From Octopus sinensis (taxonomy: Eukaryota), in NCBI RefSeq assembly GCF_006345805.1, contig NC_043004.1:95790001-95854000 (forward strand): a stretch of 64,000 nucleotides of DNA. Direction: 5' to 3'. The notes under the pieces were generated by a model. It did no database searches. It was not told the DNA's origin and worked only from the letters and a program-made list of their open reading frames with translations. This document shows positions 37,101 to 47,870 of this stretch, in pieces. Each line of letters begins with the position of its first letter. The first letter of the stretch is position 1. The position numbers and the translations under genes were made by a program.

Positions 37101-39158
37101 TACAATATCATGGACATCACTGATTTGCAGACCTGAAGAGTTGATGACAGTGATAAACTCAGCACTAAAATTTTGTGTTGAATTTTCATTTCTTTGAAAA
37201 GTATTTCCTTTTCTTACTGTGTTTCTCAGTTTCGTTTGAATGACTGGTTTAGCAGAATTTCTCTTTGGATTAGTTTTACCAGAAGTTGGGATACTATAAC
37301 CAATTGAATATTTTTTATTACTACATGTAGAATTACCTGCTGTTGACTTAGCTCTGGCTGTGTCATTAGAACTTGCTGTAGTTTTACTTTTAGATACAAT
37401 TTTACTTTTAGGTACAAATGAGCCTCCCAATCCAGTTTTATTATTTGATGCAGATTTTTCTCCAGATATAAATTTACCTCCAGTTGTAGATTTGGCTCCA
37501 GATGTAAATTTACCTCCAGATGTAAATTTGCCTCCAGATGTAGATTTATCTCTAGATATAGATTTATTGGTATATGCAGATTTATCTCTAGATATATATT
37601 TATCTCTAGATGAATCTTGATGTACAAAAGATATTTTTCTTATAGGTGTACTTCTTATAACAGTTTTAAAACTGTCTGCTGGAGTGTAAACTGCAGCTGA
37701 AGCTTTCTGTTTATCTGTAGATTTGCATTTAATAGCATTACTTCCAGTTACATTTTTTCCTTTAATCTTTATTCTATTTTCCTTTCCTTCTGGTGTGTTA
37801 GCAAACACACTTTCATTTCTGCCTGTTGATTTTTCTCCTGGATCACTAGTACTTCCAAATTGTGTTTTAATACCAAATACAGCTGTACGTTCCAGCACAG
37901 ACTTCCTGGGAAATGCAGTTGTACTACCAGTTGCTGTGGTTTTACCTTTCACTATTTTTTTACTGCTGGGTATGGTTTTGCTACCTACTAAGGGTTTTGC
38001 ACAATTCTCAGTCTTATCAAGAGATGTGGTTGAACTGACAGCACTAGATTTAATCTTACTTCCAAATACAATTACATCTTCAAGTACAGATTTAGCACTG
38101 GGTTTTATATTAGATGTTCTTTTATTTCTGGGTGTAGAAGTAGATGCAGCTACAGTTTTATCTCTAAATTCAGTACCGCAACCAAATTTACTCCTATTGT
38201 CCACTTCACTTTTGCATCCTAAAGTAGTTCTTAGTTTACCTTTGCATGGAATTCCACCTCCTTTTATTTTTCTTCTTTCTGGGTTTGATTTACCTACAAA
38301 TTCATTTTTCTCGTCAGACATAGTTTCCCCTTCATCCATAATTTTATCTTTAATTAATGTTATACCACGAACTAGAATTTTGCCACCAATTGAAGTTTTA
38401 CCATCAATTAGTATTTTTCCATCATATTCAGCTTTAGTACCTTCTGTATTATTACTTTCAAGCATATTTCTATGGTAAGGCTCTGGCTGACATTCTTCAA
38501 TCTTTCTGATATCCATTCTACTGTTGTTTATAAATGTTGATTCTTTTCTTAAAGGATCTTTATTAAAAGATGCGATCATAATGCCAGGTGATTCTTCTAA
38601 TTTAGAAGAGGATCTACTTCTAGCATCCTGGTATGCATTTAATGTTTTCTTAAAATGTAATGACTTCTCAGTCTGAAAATTTTCATGTATGCAGGTTCTG
38701 GTTCCTAACTTTGATACATTCTCTTTGTAAAGCATTTCATCTGATTTAAGTGCAGTCATACTTGTGAGTATATTTTCCAATTCCACGGCAAATTTTGATG
38801 ATATTTCAGCCTTCAGATTAAAAGTATTCTTTGGTTTATCACCATCATTCTTTATAGTAATCCTCATCTGAATCACTGGGATATTACACTTATGCTTTTT
38901 CTCTCCTTGGAAAGCAATATTAGGTTCAAATCCATGTCTGGCAGCTTTTTCTTTAACAGTTTCCTTTGTGTTTTTCACAGGAACACTTGGTTTACATAAA
39001 GTTTTCCATCTTTGCAATAACAAGGAATTTGACTTTGAAGTATGCCTTAAATTCCACCTGTTCCATTGTTTGAATTGCAAAAATTTCAGTCTTGATGCCA
39101 GTTGAGATATGAAATCCTTCTCAGGGTTTAACCAAGAATAAGACTTATGCCTGTCCAT
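34179..39158 (-). CDS. 1659-aa basic, low-complexity K/S/T/N-rich protein of unknown function, encoded in one giant exon
   Basis: 4980-bp stop-free frame in AT-rich DNA. No RT, transposase or other domain recognised. Splice-acceptor-like CTAAC..TCTATCCTCAG upstream at 39325. Confidence 0.85.
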   Translation of the reverse strand: MDRHKSYSWLNPEKDFISQLASRLKFLQFKQWNRWNLRHTSKSNSLLLQRWKTLCKPSVPVKNTKETVKEKAARHGFEPNIAFQGEKKHKCNIPVIQMRITIKNDGDKPKNTFNLKAEISSKFAVELENILTSMTALKSDEMLYKENVSKLGTRTCIHENFQTEKSLHFKKTLNAYQDARSRSSSKLEESPGIMIASFNKDPLRKESTFINNSRMDIRKIEECQPEPYHRNMLESNNTEGTKAEYDGKILIDGKTSIGGKILVRGITLIKDKIMDEGETMSDEKNEFVGKSNPERRKIKGGGIPCKGKLRTTLGCKSEVDNRSKFGCGTEFRDKTVAASTSTPRNKRTSNIKPSAKSVLEDVIVFGSKIKSSAVSSTTSLDKTENCAKPLVGSKTIPSSKKIVKGKTTATGSTTAFPRKSVLERTAVFGIKTQFGSTSDPGEKSTGRNESVFANTPEGKENRIKIKGKNVTGSNAIKCKSTDKQKASAAVYTPADSFKTVIRSTPIRKISFVHQDSSRDKYISRDKSAYTNKSISRDKSTSGGKFTSGGKFTSGAKSTTGGKFISGEKSASNNKTGLGGSFVPKSKIVSKSKTTASSNDTARAKSTAGNSTCSNKKYSIGYSIPTSGKTNPKRNSAKPVIQTKLRNTVRKGNTFQRNENSTQNFSAEFITVINSSGLQISDVHDIVRMENTFDRNDKPLNNTAIENIHPINLSETLEGKGVSKNVRGDDILQRNDKTLKNVNTSYVTLAKSTDALEATGINDLRGENTLPLPLKVNNKQDTPTDTLEAIEVCNVDEVMDRLKPKDKYDCKLWLVHMKPVPDEDQYSHRYLLIPLIPCPPDNKSISQQTANLKSTNNFTSMKSTKRTRNSSVRSKVSLKSKKKVNFTSPTRAEIVPQMIQRNRSKLKYATQKMTGGKTTDTVEQMQADERRNSQKQISTKKSQSSVKEDYVNNLKSKQQTSQVLSNFKKQTNDIKSENLVRSNITFRIKNECATEVSLGIKCISEEAPSQSKENFLKSEEVPNYVSTKENAIDLREEEEPNWSFWEKKKNEDQIELQKIRNFLQSNTFRNSPFISEKVRTFLARNDSVSTEEMYEPELKDKENTLHHSTSLTEPEKPPEMTSVLKTSSQCCSINAGEDNVSVNLESLSMPEIASKIKNSINKIKNLSNPNHEVLWKENCNLKTEPYGRNASQPKITGGRKQSLLWHNMSEPTLASQTKGKLELKHNFKSNEVQKPRDIGQVNKIIPGKKKELKLKTILTGRFSHDPLPLQLKNLAKHEVLSKKKWNQSKSIIPKSKTNTISFPCHYSLFDACHSVETREGFPQKFMIASDNVFKLNDIFSPRNTPGTLLTYEQNNILKSMVTKREEKLATQNNVIELVMMFDSLDSKNLFKSTKQFHENNLRKTIVSAGLKSEAFKYGPEKRRQNIQSFNLAHSYELVDKLEPKVSLRPPHFVKNKAILHRKAFSGPQITKTQTMSKKNNMEEMNQILTPKNMQRRKTVSELQTINNLKLTSKWENKLKVNNILDQYQHRKTCLVEKAQKQVIASKSNACLKPKMDANSSNVCKPLRKYGLLFEQPISSSLKPETEMKLNITPTTGSKFPHNFTPRNKLLPQTLQRLNNLFQTANNLGQRNSCGTNIMSKAERKFEPNINFSEIKEATAM

Positions 39159-39520
39159 TTGACCAAGTGTTTTCTTTGTGCTTCAAGACAACATCTTGCG
39201 TAAAATACATCTTTTTTTACTTGATATTGATGCTGTTTATACTGCAGCTGATGCTGGCCTTGATGCTTCTGTTCTTTATACAACTTTGGTGTCTTCAACT
39301 TGTCCTCTCGGGTACTGGAAAATTCTGAGGATAGAGTTAGAAAAATTAATAAATATGTGTGTATTGCATGTTGTGTGTGTGTGTATTAATTCCATAATAC
39401 ACCTCTGATGAGTGCAGGTTTACATAATTGGACTGTTACTTAACACTCTGTTGTGAACCCAATTGGTAAGATCGGTTTTAATGGATATAAAAATACTGTA
39501 TACTTCAATTAATATATATA

Positions 39521-40764
39521 CAGGGGTTGGACAAAATAATGGAAATACCTAGCATAATAGTATCATAATTTTGAAATATCTAAAAAACCGTCAAAAGCTT
39601 GTTTATTTTTACGTTTTTGATTTATTACTAGTGTTGCTTAATATGTTTTGCTAAAATTGCTGTTTCTTTTCAGATATCATAAGGAAAAGGTAATTAAAAT
39701 TCATTAAAATGACAGATCTATCGGACTTTTAACAGGTCAAATTGTTGGTGCTAGCATAACGAAAATATCCAAACTGTTTGGTTTATCTAGAAGTACTATC
39801 TCAAAAGTAATGAAAGTCCTTGAGAAAGAGGGAAAAACCTCCTCATTGAAACAAAACACCGGAAGAAAATCAAAACGTTCAGATAGGGAGTGTCGGACAC
39901 TTACGCAAATTGTTAGAAAGGATCACAAAAGTATAGCTCCCAAAATTATTGTAGAGCTTAATGATTACCTTGGGAACTCAGTTTTCACAAAAACTGTTCA
40001 CCAGGAGCTGCACAAAGCTATAATTCATGGGAGGGCTGCAATCAGAAAACAGCTACTTTCAAACACTAGTGTTGCAAAGCGTTTAGAGTGGAGTAAAAAC
40101 CTAAAGAATTGGTCCCTAGAGCAGTGGAAGAATGTTATTTTCGTGGACGAGTCATCTTTTACCCTATCTCCAACCACCGACCGAGTATACATGTGGAGAC
40201 AGCCAAAAGAAACATTTGACCCAGATTGCCTTCTTCCAACTGTTAAACATGGAAGAAGATCTGTGATGATCTGGGGTGGGGAGCTATATCTTGGAAATTC
40301 GCCAGCCCAATAGCTTTCTTTCATGGCAAAATTAATAGTCAAGACTATTCAAACATTTTATCAGATCAAAATCATCCTATGGTTGTAGAACTGTTTCCAG
40401 AGGGAAACACAATCTTTCAGGATGATAATGCACCAATTCACACAGCTAAAGTTGTTACTGAATGGCATGAGGAACATTCTAGTGAAGTTGAACATCTTAT
40501 CTGGTCACCACAGTCCACAGATCTCAATATTATTGAACATTTATGGTGCATTTTAGAAAAACAAGTAAGGAATCGATATCCTCCACCATCATCACTACAA
40601 GAAATGGAGACTGTTTTAACTGAAGAATGGACAAAAGTTCCTTTGGAAAAAATACAAACTTTGTACGAGTCCATACCTCATAGAATTCAAGCTGTAATTA
40701 CTGACAAATTGAAATAAATTTGTTTGAAATTTTAAGGTGTTTCCATTATTTTTTCCAACCTCTC
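39521..40764 (+). mobile_element. Tc1-family DNA transposon (DD36E spacing), about 1.24 kb, frameshifted transposase
   Basis: TA-flanked TIRs CAGGGGTTGGACAAAATAATGGAAA / TTTCCATTATTTTTTCCAACCTCTC. Motifs FVDES, FQDDNAPIH and WSPQSTDLNIIEHLW, with 36 residues between D and E. Confidence 0.95.
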
Positions 40765-40778
40765 TATGTGTGTGTATG

Positions 40779-40828
<50 letters not shown>

Positions 40829-40995
40829 AATATATATATAAAACAAAAAATCCGTGACAGGCAGAGTCTTAATAGCTTCTATACTGGAGTGAAGGCAGCA
40901 TGTTCTTTGTCTATCTCCTTAACTTCTTGGAGATTTTAGGTATAATTATATTAATGTGTTCATCTGTTTTAATATAATCAAATTCTATGTCTTTG

Positions 40996-41128
40996 TGCAG
41001 CTGAGGATTGCTCTGCATTTAAATTGATGTAAAGATTGCATTGTTCAATTAAATGGAGTTGCATGAAACGATTGTATATAATCAAAATAAGCAACAAGGA
41101 TATCCAGAGTTAATGCAGTACAATCGTT
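40996..41128 (+). mobile_element. Rearranged PLE terminal fragment with disrupted hammerhead
   Basis: UGCAG-CUGAGGA..GAAAC-GAUU-GUA, then an inverted segment whose reverse complement reads GAAACGATTGTACTGCA. Confidence 0.55.
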
Positions 41129-41699
41129 TCTGTCGACCAAATCCACTCACAAGGCTTTGGTCTGCTTAAGGCTATAGTAGAAGACACTTCCCCAAGGTGT
41201 TATACAGTGGAACTGAAACCAGAATCATGTAGCTGGGAAGCAAGTTTCTTACTACACGGCCACACCATAAAAGAAAAATGGTAACAATGGAACACATAAA
41301 TGTAATAGTACCGAGTGCTATGTTCATTCTGCTGATGGAAATGTAAAAAACCCTGAAACTCATAGAAGTTAGTATAAAAATAATTATTTTGTAGGAAACG
41401 TATTACTTTTTACCTGCTTCTTCTGCAAAGTGAAATTGAGAAGCAGGTAAGATATAAATGAGACATGTAGAAGGATGTATCAATCTAACTGAAAAGAAAT
41501 TTCTAGAGTAACTTTTTGCTTGGTATCTTAAACATATGAAATGGACTGGTGGTCAACGTATTTAATAACATTTTAGCACTCGCATCTCTTAGAAAGGGAA
41601 AGGTAGTTTGGTTATGTTTGCAAATAGATTAAAACAAAACAGGTATATCTTAAAATATAACTAGTTAATGTAAAGTTGTGTCAGCTTGATAAAATGTGC

Positions 41700-41787
41700 G
41701 TCATCATTATCGTCGTCGTCGTCGTCATCATCCTCATCATCCTCATCATCATCAACATCGTCATCATCATCATCATCATCCTCATCG

Positions 41788-41838
<51 letters not shown>

Positions 41839-42630
41839 ACACTATCATTATTAAACGTCTGTTTTCCATGCCGGCATGGGTTGGACAGTTTGACTGAAAG
41901 CTTGTAAGCCAGGGAGTTACACTAGGTTCCAATCTGGTTTGGCATGGTTTCTGTAGCTGGAGTGTAGTGGGTGATTTTTACATGCCAGCGACATGGGTGC
42001 CATTGATACGACACTGGCATCAATGATGCACACAAACGGTGCTTTTTACATCCCACTGGCATGGGTGCCAGTCAAGTGGCACTGGCACATGCCATGACTA
42101 CGATTTTACTTGGCTTGATGGCTCTTCTCAAGCACAGAATATTGCTCAATGTTTGAGGGGTGATTTTTACTTGCTGGTTACATGAGACTGGCACCAGCCA
42201 CAATGATGATCTCACTTCGCTTGATGTTTATTCTCAAGCACAGCATATCACCAAAGGTCTTGGTCACCTGTTATTGCCTCTGTGAAGCACAACATTCATA
42301 GATCATGCTTCACCACTTCGTCCCATGTCTTCCTGGGTCTACCTCTTCCACAGGTTCTGTCCACCACAAGAGTGTAGTACTTCTTCACACTGTTGCCTTT
42401 TTCCATACCCATCACATGACAATACCAGTGCAGTCATCTCTCTTGCACACCACATCTGATCTCTCTTATGCCCAGCTTTTCTCTCAAGATGCTTACACTT
42501 TATCATTCAAGCACACTAACATTGTACATCCATTGAAGCATACTAGCTTCATTTCTTACAAGCTTATGCATGTCCTCGATGGTCACAGCTGATGTTTCAC
42601 TGTCATGTAGCATAGCTGTTTGCTCACAGG
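41700..42630 (-). mobile_element. 5'-truncated RTE LINE (ORF2 end, 3' UTR, (ATG)n tail)
   Basis: KGKLYDSC..AMLHDSET..RNEASMLQWM..LREKLGIR..GRGRPRKTWDEVV, followed by the family D UTR. Confidence 0.85.
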
Positions 42631-43452
42631 AATCATACAGTTTACCTTTCCTTTGAGAGAGATACTATACATCATAAGATGTCAATTGAAAGAGAAGAAG
42701 TGAATGAAGCAGAAAGATAAATACAAATGATTAAAAGTTAAATAGGAGATTATAGGAGCCCAAAGGAAAAACAGTCAGGGAAATTTTTTTAAAAAGGGAC
42801 ATCTATAGGGCAAAGTATTGTGAACTGAGTTAGAAATTTTCAAAAATAGGTGTATGTGGTAATAATGAATAATTTTGGTCATGTTAATGCAATATAGCTA
42901 AATAAATAAATAAATAATTGAAAGATAGTTGGACAACTTTTGTGAGGAAAATAAAAAGATATATGATTTAATAACAATTTGTTTCTCAGAAAGTAGAGAG
43001 TGAGCCACTAAATGGATATGATACTTAAGTGACAAAACTTGAATCTAGGTTTAAATAATCAAATTAATTATGGCAAAAGATGAAACTAAGTTTAGAGTCA
43101 AAATTATTAGTTTGTAAGATGTTAAGATTGTCTGTGATATTGTTACAATTAAAGAAATTATATTCGTTGAAGAAACATGAGATGTTATACATAACAGACT
43201 ATTGGCTTGTGTTGCAATGCACTTTATGCTGAAGTAGTTTACTGTCTATGTGAATCAAAAAAGAGAAAACAGTACAATACATGCAGAAATATATTAGAAG
43301 GAAGGAAGAGTATGTATAATAAATTAGCACCTACTTAGAAAATAGGCTTAAGGTATTTTAGAAACAAGAAAGAGTTTTTAGGCGTTGTGTATCTGTTGTA
43401 GACAGGAGACAACTTGATAAGATGGAGACAAAATGGAAAAAAGAAACTCTGC

Positions 43453-43855
43453 TTTCTTTTTCTTTCTTTTACTTGTTTCAGTCATTTGACTGCGGCCATG
43501 CTGGAGCACCGCCTTTAGTCGAGCAAATCGACCCCGAGACTTATTCTTTGTAAGCCCAGTACTTATTGTATCGGTCTCTTTTGCCGAACCGCTAAGTGAC
43601 GGGGACGTAAACACACCAGCATCGGTTGTCGAGCAATGCTAGGGAGACAAACACAGACACACAAACATACACACACACTTATATATATATATATACATAT
43701 ATACGACAGGCTTCTTTCAGTTTCTGTCTACCAAATTCACTCACAAGGCATTGGTCGGCCCGGGGCTATAGCAGAAGACACTTGCCCAAGATGCCACGCA
43801 GTGGGACTGAACCCGGAACCATGTGGTTGGTTAGCAAGCTACTTACCACACAGCA
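43453..43855 (-). mobile_element. SINE family A
   Basis: Flanked by the 9-bp duplication AACTCTGCT. Confidence 0.9.
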
Positions 43856-44211
43856 ACTCTGCTGTTTACTTTTCCCATGATTTGATATAAGCCTAAGAAT
43901 CATTACAAACTCAAGTATTTCTGTTTAATAAGTGTGGGTTTTTCAAAGCAAATACACCTAAAGCCAAATATTCAGCCTTCAGCTTGTGCTTACATCGCAC
44001 TGCTCATTCCATCAGCAACAACTGCTCTATAATGAAGGATATTCCTTTCAACAATCTTGGAGTGACTAATACTGAATAAGACAATTTATATGTTCTTTGT
44101 AAAACTAGTTTCCCCACTTTTATTAAACCAACAAAATTTGAATGGCCTACTTAGAAATTTAGGATTGGCAGTGTGGCAAAAATAAAATTTAATACAGTAA
44201 AGTACTATATA

Positions 44212-44622
44212 CTCTCTCTCTCTCTCTCTTTTACTTGTTTCAGACATTTGACTGCGGCCATGCTGGAGCACTGCCTTTAGTCGAGCAAATCGACCCCGGG
44301 ACTTATTCTTTGTAAGCCCAGTACTTATTCTATCAGTCTCTTTTGCCGAACCGCTGAGTGACGGGGATGTAAACACACCAGCATCGGTTGTCAAGCAATC
44401 CTAGGGAGACAAACACAGACACACAAACACATACATATATATATATATACATATATACGACAGGCTTCTTTCAGTTTCCGTCTACTAAATCCACTCACAA
44501 GGCATTGGTCAGCCCGGGGTTATAGCAGAAGACACTTGCCCAAAATGCCACGCAGTGGGACTGAAACCGGAACCATGTGGTGGGTTAGCAAGCTACTTAC
44601 CACACACAGCCACTCCTGTGCC
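44212..44622 (-). mobile_element. SINE family A
   Basis: Full-length colinear copy. Confidence 0.9.
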
Positions 44623-46173
44623 TATATATTTAAATTTTACTAAATTTTGGGAAAATTTAAAAGACTTAGTCAAATATAGCAGAATTTGAATTGTAGAAAG
44701 TATTTTGGAGAAGTGAAATTATAAATTTATAACTACAAGTATAACCAGTGTTAAGTAAGTGTTGCATTCCTGAAAATTGCATTAAAACATGGAACTCCAT
44801 GTTACAAAATATATTTTGTATTGACTTCCATGGAACAGGAGAAGTCAATGGGAAATAGGTTTCCTATCATGGAATTCCATGTGATGGCTAGGTTTTCCAG
44901 AATATAATGTTTCCTTAAGGTGTGGAATTTTCTATGTGTTTAATACTTTATTTATTGCTTTCCAGAACCCTTTGAAAGCTTTCGACAAATTAAAATATTT
45001 GATTCATACTTAAATTGATTTAAGTGATTAAATACCCTCTCTTACAAATCTATGACCTTTTTAGCCCTAGTAAGATATGATTCATTAGATTTGAAAGAAC
45101 CATTCGCTCTAAGCTTTTATCAGTTTTTTAATCCATATCCTTTAATACTTTGTCACCATATCTCTATTGTAATGCATTGTCTTTGTTTAAAATAATTCTG
45201 AATGCATGGAAGTATTTAATGAAATGACTTTGTCGTTATGTCAGTGTTTGGGACATAAATTAACATAGAGTTTTAATGAAGGTTTTGGTTTATCCTGCAA
45301 CGAAGGGTAGTCTCGGGTGGTCTGGTAACAAATAGGTTAATACAGAACAAACCTTAAGTCAATGACAGCGTTTCAATATCTTCACTCAACTTATTGGAAA
45401 TATCAGCCAAATCACCCTTAAATCACATTCTGTGGTTTTACTAAAAAGGACATATTGAATAGCTTAATCCTGGATATACTATGTTGGGAGAAAGCGTATA
45501 GGATATTGATAGCTCAAATGTCTTTAGTCATAGATCAGCTAGATTGTGGCTCAATATATCAAACAACAAGGCATGGCTTATAATTATATTACATTTACAT
45601 TTTTAAGCATGATAGAATGAAAAGAGAGACAAGAGAAAGAAAAATTGGGATCAAGAGAAAAATATTCATATTAGATTAATAAAATCAGTTGATAAAAATA
45701 TATAAATATAATTCAAAGAAAATAATTAACAAATAATTACATTAGGGAAGATATATAAATTCTTCAAAAATCAAGAAAGCAAATTATTTGAAAGGGTAAT
45801 ATGGCGAAATAATGCTACATGGTATCATCAAAGCCGTAGATTGCTAGAATATAAACAAGAGAAAGCAAAATGAAGAACTGGAAACAGAAAATTAAAATAA
45901 GAAAAAGACAAAGGAAAAGTCGAAATGAATTCCTTCTGAGCAATGATGTAGTGATGACATAATAAAGCAAGACAACATGATTGTGTATTTGCACAAATAT
46001 GAATGTGTGTGTTGTGTATATCTATGTGTGTGTATAGGCGATTGTGTGCATGTGTATGCATGTATGTGTGTGCATATATATATATATTCAATTTATAATG
46101 TGTATATATATATATATATATATACATAGACACACAGATACACGCAGACACAGACAGACAGACACACACACAC

Positions 46174-46210
<37 letters not shown>

Positions 46211-46222
46211 CATATATAATAC

Positions 46223-46253
<31 letters not shown>

Positions 46254-46330
46254 ATATATATATACATATATACATATATACATATATATATACGTATGTA
46301 CATATATATATATATATATGTATATATATG

Positions 46331-46375
<45 letters not shown>

Positions 46376-46427
46376 TATATAGATATATATTATATATATA
46401 GGTTGTTGATAAATAGATAGATAGATA

Positions 46428-47378
46428 GACTTGTTTCTGTCACTGTGGCCATGCTAGCCAAATACATTGATACAAATACCAGCCATGCTGGTAGTTGATT
46501 GCTGATACTTCCAAGTACACCAATCACTAATGGTATCCTCCTCCTTATTGCCCACAACTTGTGTGTTTCCCACTTCAAATCATCATAGTTATTCAGTTTT
46601 CTCCTTCTTTCTTTTTTACCCTGTTGTCACTGGAACATGTTATGTTGTTTATCATGCAAGTTTTTTTTTGTTTTTTTTTTTACCACAACATCGTCAGTTT
46701 TCTAAAGTCTGATTTGATGGTCACACTGAATCAAAACACCCCACCGGATTTTGTGGTCTTCATTCTCTCAGTGACTACTTGTGGGATTTGGTCATACCAT
46801 GTCTTAGCTCTTTGTAGTCTGTGATTTCCACAGAGCTCCCAGTGGATCATTCTTGCCACATTGTAACATCATCTTTTGTAATCACGTTGTGTCAATTTCG
46901 GGCATTTTCGCTAAAAATGTGCCATACACTTTCCCTCCTCTCATTACACATCCTGCATTTGTCACTCTCAGTTGAGTTGTCAGTTCAGCACTTCACATAG
47001 TTCATCCTTAATGCTTGTTCTTGTGCCACATATATAAGTGCTTCTGTCCCTATCCATAACCATCATCCTTCCATAACCACCATTCATCCATAACACCATT
47101 CATCTGTAACCACCATTCATCCGTAACCACCATTCATCCGTAACCACCATTCATCCGTAACCACCATTCATCCATAACCACCATTCATCCGTAACCACCA
47201 TTCATCCATAACCACCATTCATCCATAACCACCATTCATCCATAACCACCATTCATCTGTAACTACCATTCATCCATAACTACCATTCATCCATAACCAC
47301 CATTCATCCGTAACTGTCTAGGCATTCATATCTCTTGCAAACTGACCATACACCTTTTTCTTTCCCTGCTATTTCGTT
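46428..47378 (-). mobile_element. R4/Dong-like RLE non-LTR retrotransposon, 3' ORF remnant
   Basis: TEALIYVAQEQALRMNY..CRMC..ESVWHI (CCHC knuckle)..IHWELC..WY..IQCDH..YDDLKWE..IPLVIGVLGSI. Confidence 0.85.
47052..47314. repeat. 17-bp minisatellite (CACCATTCATCCRTAAC), about 15 copies
   Basis: Direct reading. It lies inside the R4-like ORF. Confidence 0.95.
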
Positions 47379-47382
47379 TTTT

Positions 47383-47870
47383 GTTGAAGGCATGTGGGTT
47401 AGTGGTTAGGATAATCAGCTTATGATTGTAAGATTATGAGGTCAATTCCTGACAGTGTATTGTGTCCTCAAGTGTCTTGCTCCAGTCCACTCAGTTGGCT
47501 CCAGTCCACTGAGCTGGCAAAAATGAATAGTATCCGAAAAGCTCTATCTGCGACGATTTCATCTCAATTGAAGGAGAGGGGCTTTCTCCGTCTGGGTTGC
47601 GGATCTGTGGAATAAGCTGCCGGACGAGATAGTGAAGATGCCGACGACCATTCGGTTCAAAGTCTCTCTTGACCAGAAATGGCGTGAACTCTTTGCATGA
47701 ACACCCTCCCTGTACATAACTCCATGTCCCCCTACACGGCCTTGCTTTTTGCTTTTTGAGCCAAAAAATTAACTTAACTTAACTGTATCTGTAATTCAAA
47801 GGGCTAGCTTTGTCACATTCTATGTTATGCTGAATCTCCCTAAAAATAGCATTAATGGTACATGTGCTCA
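47383..47870 (+). mobile_element. Old tRNA-derived SINE related to 32048-32435, interrupted by CR1
   Basis: Head at 47383-47530. Central domain TTCAAAGGGCTAGCTTTGTCAC..GCTGAATCTCCC at 47790-47870. Confidence 0.65.
47535..47784 (+). mobile_element. 5'-truncated CR1-clade LINE
   Basis: RRGAFSVWVADLWNKLPDEIVKMPTTIRFKVSLDQKW (CR1 FFS.RV...WN.LP motif), (AACTT)n tail, GTATC duplication. Confidence 0.85.

Noticed and set aside
37723-38478. 251-aa plus-strand ORF
   Set aside because: Antisense shadow of the periodic part of the long minus-strand CDS.
39402-39471. Hammerhead-like CUGAUGA..GAACCCAAUUGGUA
   Set aside because: GAAA is mutated, there are extra bases before it, and stem I has only 2 bp. 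At best a dead remnant.
42700-43380. Possible decayed L1/Tx1-like ORF2
   Set aside because: A-rich with faint similarity only. No motif could be read reliably.
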